Shown here: positions 49,602 to 58,416 of the stretch, piece by piece
How the letters are laid out: each line of letters starts with the position of its first letter
Position numbering within the stretch: the first letter of the stretch is position 1
Source: Planctomycetota bacterium
Lineage (GTDB): Bacteria; Planctomycetota; UBA1135; UBA2386
Assembly (NCBI GenBank): GCA_965223545.1
Contig: OZ245006.1
Coordinates: forward strand, 6,688,001 to 6,752,000
DNA: 64,000 nt
Direction of reading: 5' to 3'
Made by a program: the position numbers and the translations under genes
The notes under the pieces: model-generated
What the model was told of the DNA's origin: nothing
Seen by the model: only the letters and a program-made list of their open reading frames with translations
The model's database searches: none

Positions 49602-51449
49602 ATGCGAATGCTCTGCTCGTTCTTCTGCATCGTCGCCGGCATGAGCGCGGTCGTCCGGGCGCAGTCGCCCGACGGAGGGCCGCCCGCTGCTGCCGAGCAC
49701 GTGTTCGTCTGGGTCAGCGGTCCGACCGGCACCTTTGACGCGCTGCGCGCCGCCGGCTACGACGACCACGACGCGGTGTGGCGCGTCGCCCGTGGTCAGG
49801 AGCACGCCGGCGTCATCCTGCCGAGCGCCGACCTCGCGGCGCTGCGCGCCGAGCTGCCGGTCGCCAGCCTGGTCCGCGTGGTCCGCAGCTCGAAGCCGCT
49901 GCGCGACGCGCCGCGCGTCGGCCGCGCCGGTCCCGACCCGCGCTATCGCACTCCGCAGGAGGTGTTGGCGGGGCTCAACGACTTGGCGACGACCTATCCC
50001 GGTCTGGCCGCCGTGTACGACTTGCAATCGCGCTACGGCGCGCCGCTGACGCACGAGGGCCGGCGCATCCACGTGCTGCGCATCTCGGACAACGCCGGCA
50101 TCGACGAGGACGAGCCGTCGATTCTGGTGTTCGCCAACAACCACGCGCGCGAGCTCAACACGATCGAGGCGGCGTTCTCGGTCGCCGAGCGGTTGCTGGG
50201 CGGGTACGCCACCGACCCGGTGCTGCGCCAGCTGGTCGACGACCATCAGATCTGGGTGCTGCCCAGCATGAACCCGGATGGGCTCGCCTACGTGTGGAGC
50301 ACCAACGACATGTGGCGCAAGAACCGCCGCGACAACGGCAACGGCACGTTCGGCGTCGACCTCAACCGCAACTACTGGTTCTACTGGGGACGGTGCGGGG
50401 CCAGCACCAATCCGGGCAGCGACACCTACCAGGGCCCGTCGGCCGGGTCCGAGCCCGAGTCGCAGGCGATGCGCGCGTTCACTCTGGCCGAGGGCTTCGA
50501 GCGGATGATCGACGTGCACAGCTACGGCCGTGACGTCCGCCACCCGTTCAACCCGCTGCTGATCGGTCAGGTGCCCAACGCGATCGCGCAGGCCTATTAC
50601 GGCATGCAGAGCGCGATCGCCAACGGCATGGGCTACGTCACCCGCGGCACTTGCTGCTGTGGAACGCACATGGAGTGGCACCACGCCGCGCACGGCACAC
50701 TCGGGCAGCTGATCGAGATGGGGACCGCGTTCCAGCCGCCGTTCACCCAGACGCAGTCCGAGGTGACGCGCATGTGGCCCGGGTTTCGCGAGTTCTTGAC
50801 GCGGCCAGTGCCGTTGCGTGGCCGCGTGCGCTCGGTTCGCGGTGGTGCGCCGGTGGTCGCCGACCTGGTAGTGCGCGGGCACCAGTTCCGCAATGGCCAG
50901 CGGGTGCAGTCGATCGGCCGCTTTGGCCGCTACCACCTCTGGATCACGCCGGGTAGCTACGAAGTCGAGTTCCGCGCGCCGGGCCACGACCCGCAGACGC
51001 TGGTCGTCAACCTGACCAGCGGCGGCACGGTGGAGCGCGATGTTTGGTTGGTGCCGTCGGCCCGGCCGACGACGCTGACCGCGCAGGGCGCCCCGCGCCT
51101 GGGCCAGACGGTGGCGCTCGATCTGTCGAGTCCCGACGACCCGGGTGCGCCGTACTTCTTGCCCGTGTCCGACGCGGTCGCGCCGCCGATGGCGCTCGGC
51201 TTTGGCCGCAGCTTGCCGATCGCGCGCAGCATCCTGCTGGAGATCGAGCTGGCCGCGCCGCAGGTGTTCCAAAACGTGCTCGGCGTGCTCGATGGCCAAG
51301 GGCGCGGTCAGGGGCGCCTCGCCGTGCCGGCGGATCCGGCGCTCGTCGGCCTCACGCTCCACTTCGCGGGCGTGACGTTGGACGCCTCGTACCTGAGTGG
51401 CGTGCGCGGCATCACGGCGCAGAGCGTGCCGCTGACGATCGCGCGCTGA
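49602..51449 (+). CDS. Secreted M14 zinc carboxypeptidase with regulatory-like and C-terminal domains
   Basis: HARE, NPDG, WRKNR, GVDLNRN, SEPE, DVHSY. Confidence 0.92.
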   Translation: MRMLCSFFCIVAGMSAVVRAQSPDGGPPAAAEHVFVWVSGPTGTFDALRAAGYDDHDAVWRVARGQEHAGVILPSADLAALRAELPVASLVRVVRSSKPLRDAPRVGRAGPDPRYRTPQEVLAGLNDLATTYPGLAAVYDLQSRYGAPLTHEGRRIHVLRISDNAGIDEDEPSILVFANNHARELNTIEAAFSVAERLLGGYATDPVLRQLVDDHQIWVLPSMNPDGLAYVWSTNDMWRKNRRDNGNGTFGVDLNRNYWFYWGRCGASTNPGSDTYQGPSAGSEPESQAMRAFTLAEGFERMIDVHSYGRDVRHPFNPLLIGQVPNAIAQAYYGMQSAIANGMGYVTRGTCCCGTHMEWHHAAHGTLGQLIEMGTAFQPPFTQTQSEVTRMWPGFREFLTRPVPLRGRVRSVRGGAPVVADLVVRGHQFRNGQRVQSIGRFGRYHLWITPGSYEVEFRAPGHDPQTLVVNLTSGGTVERDVWLVPSARPTTLTAQGAPRLGQTVALDLSSPDDPGAPYFLPVSDAVAPPMALGFGRSLPIARSILLEIELAAPQVFQNVLGVLDGQGRGQGRLAVPADPALVGLTLHFAGVTLDASYLSGVRGITAQSVPLTIAR

Positions 51450-51458
51450 GGCGCGCGC

Positions 51459-51485
51459 CGCGGACGCCGCCGCGCGGCGTCCGCG
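51459..51485. terminator. Perfect 12-bp hairpin between convergent genes
   Basis: cgcggacgccgc-cgc-gcggcgtccgcg. Confidence 0.6.
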
Positions 51486-51495
51486 TGCTCGCTGC

Positions 51496-52401
51496 TCAGA
51501 GCAGGCGGGTGGAGGCGTACGGGACGCTCCAGTTGGCGAGCGTGGTGCTGACCGGGATGAAGGGCGGCAGCATGGCGTCGATCTTGATCAGGCCGCGCAT
51601 CGCGCCGCGGTGGAAGATCAGGTTGCCCGAGCGGCCCCACGTGGTGGTGGCGTTGATATCGGGCTGGGCGGTGGTCCAGTTGGCGTCCAGCTTCTGCTCG
51701 TTGGCGTAGAAGGAGAAGCTGAGGTTGGCATACATCAGGAGGCTGATGACGGTGGCGCTGGCGCTGCCGTTGCCGGAGACCGCGGCCTCGCCGTTGAAGC
51801 GGACCTTCGCCTTGCACGGGTCGAAGGTGCCGTCGAGGGCGGCACGGACCCGGCCGTAGGCGCGGCCGCTGAGTAGGGCGACGCCGGCGCCGACGGGGAC
51901 CGTCAGAGTGGGCGTCATGAAGCGGAGGCGGATCGTGCTGCGGCCGCTGAAGCCGGTGCTGAACGAGCTGTTCCACAGCACCGAGTTGCCGACCCGCAAG
52001 TAGACGCTGCCCGAGGAGTAGCAGGAGGTGCCCATGAGCCGGCCGAGGGTGCTCGTCTTGACGGTGCCGACGGCGGCGAGGTTCATGCGGAAGTCGCCGG
52101 CGCGGCCGGAGCTGCCGAGAAAGCGGAGGTCGGCGACGGCGCGGGTGCTGCCACTGGCGGCGAGGGTGGTCTCCCAGTAGGGCGCGGTGACGATCCAGCC
52201 CGAGCCGGAGCTGGGCACGTATCGCGTGCTCTTGCCGGCGGCGATGTAGCCGGTGCCGTAGGTGTAGACGCCGGCGTCGCTGTCGCCGAACGACTTCGAG
52301 TAGGTGCGGGTCAGGGACATGTTCTGGGCGGAGCCGGCGCTGGCCAGGGTCAGCAGGGCGGCGGCGACGGGGGCGAACAGGGCGGCGGTGGTGGTCTGCA
52401 T
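51496..52401 (-). CDS. Secreted beta-rich hypothetical protein, copy A (301 aa)
   Basis: Signal peptide ending GSAQ; ungapped paralog of 52759-53664. Confidence 0.85.
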   Translation of the reverse strand: MQTTTAALFAPVAAALLTLASAGSAQNMSLTRTYSKSFGDSDAGVYTYGTGYIAAGKSTRYVPSSGSGWIVTAPYWETTLAASGSTRAVADLRFLGSSGRAGDFRMNLAAVGTVKTSTLGRLMGTSCYSSGSVYLRVGNSVLWNSSFSTGFSGRSTIRLRFMTPTLTVPVGAGVALLSGRAYGRVRAALDGTFDPCKAKVRFNGEAAVSGNGSASATVISLLMYANLSFSFYANEQKLDANWTTAQPDINATTTWGRSGNLIFHRGAMRGLIKIDAMLPPFIPVSTTLANWSVPYASTRLL

Positions 52402-52532
52402 CGTTCTCTTCCTGGGTTTCGAGCCGGCGTTTGGCGACGTTGCCCACCGGCACCGGACGGAACGCCGCGCCGCGCGCGATCGACCGTGGACTCCGAAAAA
52501 ACCGTCGCGGCCTCGGCTGCCCTTGGATCGCG

Positions 52533-52693
52533 ATGCTGATGACCACCGCGCTGTTGTTCGTCGTTTGCCGCCACGCGGTGGGCAGGCCGCACCGGCGGCG
52601 CGCTGCGCCGACGAACTCGAGGCCGCGGGGGTCGCCGTGATCCGCGGGGTCCGCGGTCACGGCGTGGTCGGTGTCGTCGAGAACGGCGACGGC
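52533..52693 (+). pseudogene. Dead 5' fragment of the M20 amidohydrolase
   Basis: Matches 53795-54073 with a 1-nt deletion (gttttg to gtttg) and an about 117-bp internal deletion; similarity stops after the VVENGDG codons. Confidence 0.85.
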
Positions 52694-52758
52694 TGCGCCC
52701 GATCGCGCGTTGAAAGGGGCGTCGCGTCCGCCGCTGCGTGGCGGGCGCGGACCGTCGA

Positions 52759-53664
52759 TCAGAACAGGAGGGTCCAGGCGTAGGGGAAGCTCCAGTAGGC
52801 GAGCGTCGAGCTGACCGGGATGGAGGTTGGCTGTATGGCGTAGGCGTTGATCGTGCTGCCCATGGCGCCGCGGTGGAAGATCAGGTTGCCCGCGCGGCCC
52901 CAGGTGGTGGTGGCGTTGAGACCTGGCTGGGCCGTGGTTCCGTTGGCGTCCAGCTTCTGCTCTTTGATGGAGAATGAGAACGTCACGGACACAGGCTTCA
53001 TCAAGCCGATGGCGGCCGTTGTGGCGGTGGTGTCGCCGGAGACCGCGGCCTCACCGTTCAAGCGGACCTTCGCCTTGCAGGGGTCGATGTTGACGTAGAT
53101 GGCGGCGCGGACGCGGCCGTAGGCGCGGGCGGTGAGCTGGGAGGCGGAGCCGCCGAGAGCGACCACCATCGAGCTCGTCATGATTTGCAAGCGCATCGAG
53201 CTGATGCCGCTGAACATGGTGTTGACCGAGCTGTTCCACAGCACGGAGTTGCCGACACGCAGGTAGACGACGCCCGAGGACTTGCAGGTCGTGCTCATAG
53301 TGCGGCCGAGATTGTCCTTCTTGGTGTTGGACTCGGCGGCGAGGGATATGCGGAACTCGCCGGCGCGGGCCCAGTTGCCGAGCAAGCGGATGTCGGCAAA
53401 GGCGTGGGCGTTTCCGGAGGCGGCCAGCTTGGTGTGCCAGTAGGGGGCGGTGACGATCCAGCCCGAGCCGGTGCTGGGCACGTACTGCGTGCTCTTCACA
53501 GCGGCGAAGGAGCCGCCGCCACCGCTATAGACGCCGGCGATGGTGTTACCGTACGTCTTCGAGAACGTGCGGCCCCCGGACATGGACTGTGCGTGGCCGG
53601 TGCTGGCGAGGGTCAGTAGGGCGGCGGCGACGGAGGCAAAAAGGGTGGTGGAGGTGGTTTGCAT
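52759..53664 (-). CDS. Secreted beta-rich hypothetical protein, copy B (301 aa)
   Basis: Signal peptide ending GHAQ; ungapped paralog of copy A. Confidence 0.85.
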   Translation of the reverse strand: MQTTSTTLFASVAAALLTLASTGHAQSMSGGRTFSKTYGNTIAGVYSGGGGSFAAVKSTQYVPSTGSGWIVTAPYWHTKLAASGNAHAFADIRLLGNWARAGEFRISLAAESNTKKDNLGRTMSTTCKSSGVVYLRVGNSVLWNSSVNTMFSGISSMRLQIMTSSMVVALGGSASQLTARAYGRVRAAIYVNIDPCKAKVRLNGEAAVSGDTTATTAAIGLMKPVSVTFSFSIKEQKLDANGTTAQPGLNATTTWGRAGNLIFHRGAMGSTINAYAIQPTSIPVSSTLAYWSFPYAWTLLF

Positions 53665-53794
53665 TGTGCTCTTCCTGGGTTTGGAGCCGGCGTTTGGCGA
53701 CGTTGCCCGCTTGCACCGGACGGAACGCCGCGCCGCGCGCGATCGACCGTGGACTCCCAAGAAAACGACTCGGCCTCGGCTACCCTGGATCGCG

Positions 53795-55105
53795 ATGCTG
53801 ATGACCACCGCGCTGTTGTTCGTCGTTTTGCCGCCACAGGGCGGGCAGGCCGCGCCGGCAGCGGCCGCGCCCACCGCCGTCCAGGCCTGGGTCGACGCGG
53901 AGCTGGACGAGCTCGTTGCGCTCTACCGCCACTTCCATCGCTATCCGGAGCTGTCGTTCTTCGAGGAGCGGACGGCGGCGCGCTACGCCGACGAGCTCGA
54001 GGCCGCGGGGCTCACCGTGACCCGCGGAGTCGGCGGGCACGGCGTGGTCGGCGTCGTCGAGAACGGCGATGGCCCCACGCTGATGCTGCGCGCCGATCTC
54101 GATGGTCTGCCACTGCAGGAGCAGACCGGGCTCGACTATGCCTCGCAGGCGCGCCAAGAGCTGCCCGGCGGCGAGCAGCAGCCGGTGATGCACGCCTGCG
54201 GTCACGACCTGCACATGACCAATCTGATCGGGGCGGTGCGCTACCTGGCCGCGCACCGCGGGCAGTGGCGCGGCACGCTTCTGGTCATCGGCCAGCCGGC
54301 CGAGGAGCGCGGCAGCGGTGCGCTGTTGATGCTGCGCGCCGGTCTCTTCCGCCGCTTTCCCAAGCCCGACTTTGCGCTGGCGCTGCACGTCCACCCGATG
54401 CTGCCGGCGGGCACCGTCGGCTATCGCGCGGGCGCGGCCATGGCCAACGTCGATTCCTGCGACATCGAGCTGTTCGGCAAGGGTGGGCACGGCGCCTACC
54501 CGCACCTGACCATCGACCCGATCGCGCAGGCCGCGCAGCTGGTCGTCGCGCTGCAGACCATCGTCAGCCGCGAGGTCTCGCCGCTGGAGCCTGCGGTGGT
54601 GACGGTCGGCTCGATCCACGGGGGTGCCAAGCACAACATCATCCCCGACCGGTGTGCGCTGCAGCTGACGGTGCGCTCCTACTCCGATGAGGTGCACGCG
54701 CGCATCAAGGCCGCGATCGAGCGCAAGGCCAAGGCGATCGCCGACAGCGTCGGCGCGCCGCCGCCGGTGGTGGAGTTCTCGGAGAGCGTGCCCGCGCTGG
54801 TCAACGACGATGCCCTGACCGAGCGGGTGGCGGCGGCGTTCCGCCGCGCGCTCGGAGAGGAGGCGGTGCAACCCGCCGAGCCGGTGATGGGGGCCGAGGA
54901 CTTCGCCTACTACGGCCGCGAGGGCGTCGCCATCTGCATGTTTCGGCTGGGCACCATCTCGCCGGAGCGCATCGCCGCCGCCCGCGCCGCCCGCCAGCCG
55001 CTGCCGCCGCTGCACTCGCCGTTCTTCGCCCCCGACGCAGCGCCATCGCTGCGCGGCGGCGTGGTCGCCATGGTCGCCGGTGCGCTCGAGCTGCTGGGGC
55101 GCTGA
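53795..55105 (+). CDS. M20D amidohydrolase
   Basis: PELSFFE, LRADLDGLP, MHACGHD, QPAEE, GKGGHG, AEDF. Confidence 0.93.
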   Translation: MLMTTALLFVVLPPQGGQAAPAAAAPTAVQAWVDAELDELVALYRHFHRYPELSFFEERTAARYADELEAAGLTVTRGVGGHGVVGVVENGDGPTLMLRADLDGLPLQEQTGLDYASQARQELPGGEQQPVMHACGHDLHMTNLIGAVRYLAAHRGQWRGTLLVIGQPAEERGSGALLMLRAGLFRRFPKPDFALALHVHPMLPAGTVGYRAGAAMANVDSCDIELFGKGGHGAYPHLTIDPIAQAAQLVVALQTIVSREVSPLEPAVVTVGSIHGGAKHNIIPDRCALQLTVRSYSDEVHARIKAAIERKAKAIADSVGAPPPVVEFSESVPALVNDDALTERVAAAFRRALGEEAVQPAEPVMGAEDFAYYGREGVAICMFRLGTISPERIAAARAARQPLPPLHSPFFAPDAAPSLRGGVVAMVAGALELLGR

Positions 55106-55213
55106 CGGCGAAGCCGCGCCCGGCGCCACCGGCACCTCACGCCCGGCTGGCGCTGGGCTTCGCTGAGCGCGCTCCGCTCAAGCTGCGCCTGGACGCGCGC
55201 CGACGGCAGGAGC

Positions 55214-55573
55214 ATGCGGGGGCTCCGCGGTTGGTCTTGCAGCGCGATCGGGCTGCTCTGGTGCTGCGTCGGTTGTGGGTTCGATCCGAAGACGACGCTG
55301 ACCGTGCGCGCCGAGGGGCGGCTCGAGTCGGAGGCGGTGCGCGAGGCACTGGTGGACGTGCTGTCGGCAGCGGTCGCCGACGGCGGCCGGCACCGGGCGA
55401 CCTTTGCCAGCGGTGAGTTCACGGTTCTGCTGGCTCCGGTGACCGACGTCGACGCCTACACCGAGCGGCTGCAGCGGCAGCTGCAGCGGGTGAACGAGTC
55501 GCCCTTGGCGGTGCGTCTCTTGGCGACGATCGAGGCAGTCGAGGGCCGCGCGATGCGCATCCTCGTGCACTGA
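55214..55573 (+). CDS. Hypothetical lipoprotein
   Basis: Signal-like N-terminus ending CVGC; fills the gap between two plus-strand genes. Confidence 0.5.
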   Translation: MRGLRGWSCSAIGLLWCCVGCGFDPKTTLTVRAEGRLESEAVREALVDVLSAAVADGGRHRATFASGEFTVLLAPVTDVDAYTERLQRQLQRVNESPLAVRLLATIEAVEGRAMRILVH

Positions 55574-55612
55574 CGCCGCGTCGGCCGAGGTTGTTCTTGG
55601 CCACCGCGGCAC

Positions 55613-56770
55613 ATGCGCTCTGCTGTGTCGGTGAATCCGGCACCGCGACTCGCCGCCTTCTACGCCGCCTACTTCGGGGTGATCGGGGTGCTGATGCCGT
55701 TCTGGCCGGTGTGGCTGGCGGAGGCAGGTGCCACCGAGAGCGAGATCGGCGTGCTGGTCGCCACCGGTGCCGCCGTGCGTCTGGTCGGCAACCCGGTCAT
55801 TGGCGGCTTCGTGGATCGTCGTGGCAAGAGTCGCGGCACGTTGTTGGTCCTCGCCTGGGCCGCGATGGCGTGCTTCTCGCTGTTCGCCGGCGCCCGCGGC
55901 TTCTGGTGGCTCTTGTCGATCAGCATCGGTTTCGGGCTGGCGCACTCGCCGCTGTTGGCGCTGGTCGAGGCGCTGAGCACGCGCTGGGTGGTTGCCAGAG
56001 GTCTCGACTACGGTCGACTGCGGGTTTGGGGCTCGATCGCGTTCATCGGCGGCGCCGTCGCTGCCGGTGCTCTGCTGGAACGCGGCGGTCCGCGCGCGGT
56101 CTTGGTTTCGGCGCTGGTCTTGCTCGCGGTTCAAGCGCTCGCTACCCACGCTCTGCCCGAGCCACCGGAGCGGGGCCTGCCGCCGGCACCGCGCGCGGTC
56201 GGCGCTCTGCTCCGCCGCCCCGACATGCGGTGGTTCTTGGCGGCGACGGCGCTGGTCTGGGGCAGCCACGCGGTCTACTACGGCTTCGCCACGCGGCTCT
56301 GGCAGCGCGCGGGTTCGAGCGAAACCGTGATCGGCGCGCTCTGGGCCGAGGGAGTGGTCTGCGAGATTGCGCTGTTCGCGGTCGCGCCCCGCATCGGCCG
56401 CCGCTTCTCCGCCGTCCAGCTCATGCGGCTCGGTGCCGCGGCGGCGGCGCTGCGCTGGGGTTGTCAGGCATCGAGCGGCGCGCTGTGGGTCGCGGTTGCG
56501 ACCCAGCCCCTGCACGCTCTCTCGTTCGGCGCGCTGCACTTGGGCGCGATGCGCTACCTGGCCGCGGCGGTGGTGCCGCAGCAAGCCGCGACCGCGCAGG
56601 GGCTGTACGGGGCTTGCGGGACGGGTGCGGCGCTGGGAGTCGGTCTGGCGTTGTCCGGCGTGTTGGTCGAGGGGTGGGGGCGTGGGGCGTACTGGGTGAT
56701 GGCCGCGGCGGCCGCGGTCGCGGTGCCGCTGCTGGTGCCGTTGCGAACTCAGCGCATCAACGCCCGGTAG
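55613..56770 (+). CDS. MFS transporter (HcaT/MFS_1-like)
   Basis: PFWPVWL, YGRLRVWGSIAF, HAVYYGF, QPLHALSFG; about 12 TM. Confidence 0.88.
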   Translation: MRSAVSVNPAPRLAAFYAAYFGVIGVLMPFWPVWLAEAGATESEIGVLVATGAAVRLVGNPVIGGFVDRRGKSRGTLLVLAWAAMACFSLFAGARGFWWLLSISIGFGLAHSPLLALVEALSTRWVVARGLDYGRLRVWGSIAFIGGAVAAGALLERGGPRAVLVSALVLLAVQALATHALPEPPERGLPPAPRAVGALLRRPDMRWFLAATALVWGSHAVYYGFATRLWQRAGSSETVIGALWAEGVVCEIALFAVAPRIGRRFSAVQLMRLGAAAAALRWGCQASSGALWVAVATQPLHALSFGALHLGAMRYLAAAVVPQQAATAQGLYGACGTGAALGVGLALSGVLVEGWGRGAYWVMAAAAAVAVPLLVPLRTQRINAR

Positions 56771-58266
56771 ACGAGCGCCGAGATCTCGCGCACCGGTGCC
56801 CCCAGCGTGTTGCACATCACCGCGACCACGACTTCGTTGCCCGGGTCGAGCAGGAGATCGGTCGCGGTCTTGTTCTGCGAGCCGCTGTGGGCGGGCAGCA
56901 GCCGGCCGTCGAGGCGGCGCAGCGAGAAGCCCAAGCCGTAGCGCGTGGCGTTGCCGTCCGCGGTTTGCTGCGCCTCGAACATCGCTTCGCGCGTGGGCCG
57001 CGGCAGCAGCCGGCCGTTGAGCATGCCGATGCCGAAGCCGAGCAGGTCAGCGGTGCTGGAGATCCAGCCGCCGCCGGGCAGCTTCCACGCGACCGACTCG
57101 GTCGGCGAGCGGATGACACGGCCGTCCGGCGTGCGGTGGTAGCCGGCGGCGCGCCCTTCGATGGCGATCCACTCGTAGTCCGGCTGGAGCGTGTCGAGCT
57201 GCAGCGGTGCGGCGATGCCCTTCTGCACCAGCTCGACGTAGTCCTTGCCCGCGGCGCGCTCGAGCACTGCACCGAGCAAGGCGTAGCCGTGCGTGCTGTA
57301 GTGGTAGCGCTGGCCCGGCGGGGCGACCAAGGGCGTGGCGCGGAACACGTCGAGCGCGAGGATGCGGTCGGCGAACGGGTGCGGCCCGTCGTAGGAGCGC
57401 GGTGTCGCCCGGGCGCCGCGGTAGTGGGTGATGCCAGCGGTGTGGGCCAGCAGCTGGCGCGCGGTGATCGGCGCGCCGGGATCGTCGAACTCCGGCACCA
57501 GCGGTCGCACGTCGGCGTCGAGGTCGATCTTGCCGCGGTCCCGCAGCTGCATCGCGGCGACCGCGGTCAGCGGCTTGGAGATCGACGCCCAACGGTAGAG
57601 GGTGTCCTCGCCGGCCGGGCGGCGGGCGGCGAAGTCGGCGAAGCCGTAGCTGCGGACGTCGAACGGCCGATTGCCCCGCGCCGCGGCGATCGTCAGGCCG
57701 ACGGCGCGCTTCTTCTGCATCCACGCCGTGATGTCGCGGTCCAGGGCGGCACCGGCGGCCTCGTCGAAGCCGCGGCGCGCGACGGTGATTGGCCGCGCCA
57801 CCGTGTCGTCGAACTCTTCCACGCGCCGCACGGCGTCGTCCGGGATTCCGTCCGCCGCCCGCGCCAAGCGCACCGTCCAGCGCTGGCCGGGGGTCCGAGA
57901 CTCCACCTCGAGGCCCCCTTCCCCGTCGGCCCAAGCGTCGGCGTGCGCGGTGCGCGGAAACAGCTCGAGCCGCAGCTGCAGACCCGGCGGGTCGGCGCGC
58001 AGGGCGCCATCCCCGGGAGCCTCGCCCTCCGCGGTGCGCAGCGTGCAGAGCACGCGCGCGGCATCGTCGGGGTCGGGGGCGACGAACAGGGTGCACGGCA
58101 CCGTGCCGTGGTGGGGGTGGGGCGCGTCGCCGGTGAAGGTGCCGAGCAGGGTCGCGGGGATCTCGGTCGGGACGGAGCCGGATTGCGCGGGTGCCGCCAC
58201 CGCGAGCACCGCGGTGACCGCGGTGATCCAGCCGAGGCGGCGGTGCGCTGCGGGAGCCTGGGTCAT
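56749..58266 (-). CDS. Secreted serine hydrolase (beta-lactamase family)
   Basis: Signal peptide; WASISK, LLAHTAG, YST, HSG. Confidence 0.88.
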   Translation of the reverse strand: MTQAPAAHRRLGWITAVTAVLAVAAPAQSGSVPTEIPATLLGTFTGDAPHPHHGTVPCTLFVAPDPDDAARVLCTLRTAEGEAPGDGALRADPPGLQLRLELFPRTAHADAWADGEGGLEVESRTPGQRWTVRLARAADGIPDDAVRRVEEFDDTVARPITVARRGFDEAAGAALDRDITAWMQKKRAVGLTIAAARGNRPFDVRSYGFADFAARRPAGEDTLYRWASISKPLTAVAAMQLRDRGKIDLDADVRPLVPEFDDPGAPITARQLLAHTAGITHYRGARATPRSYDGPHPFADRILALDVFRATPLVAPPGQRYHYSTHGYALLGAVLERAAGKDYVELVQKGIAAPLQLDTLQPDYEWIAIEGRAAGYHRTPDGRVIRSPTESVAWKLPGGGWISSTADLLGFGIGMLNGRLLPRPTREAMFEAQQTADGNATRYGLGFSLRRLDGRLLPAHSGSQNKTATDLLLDPGNEVVVAVMCNTLGAPVREISALVYRALMR

Positions 58267-58416
58267 GACGCCAATCGTCGTTGGCACCGCGCGGGCGCGC
58301 CAGCGGGTGCAGGCGCGGAATCGACGGCATCGCGCCAGGCCAGCCCCGGGGGCGGGTCGTTCTCCCTGGCGCTGGCGCCGGCGTGCGCTACACCTATGCG
58401 TTTCGCCGCCACCGCC

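Noticed and set aside
51496..54073. Diversity-generating retroelement explanation for the paralog pair
   Set aside because: No reverse transcriptase in the window; differences span the whole gene and are not confined to adenines.
55571..55612. Sec read-through at other TGA stops, such as the small lipoprotein
   Set aside because: No redox motif and no GGUC hairpin at +15. Not every TGA in the window was checked.
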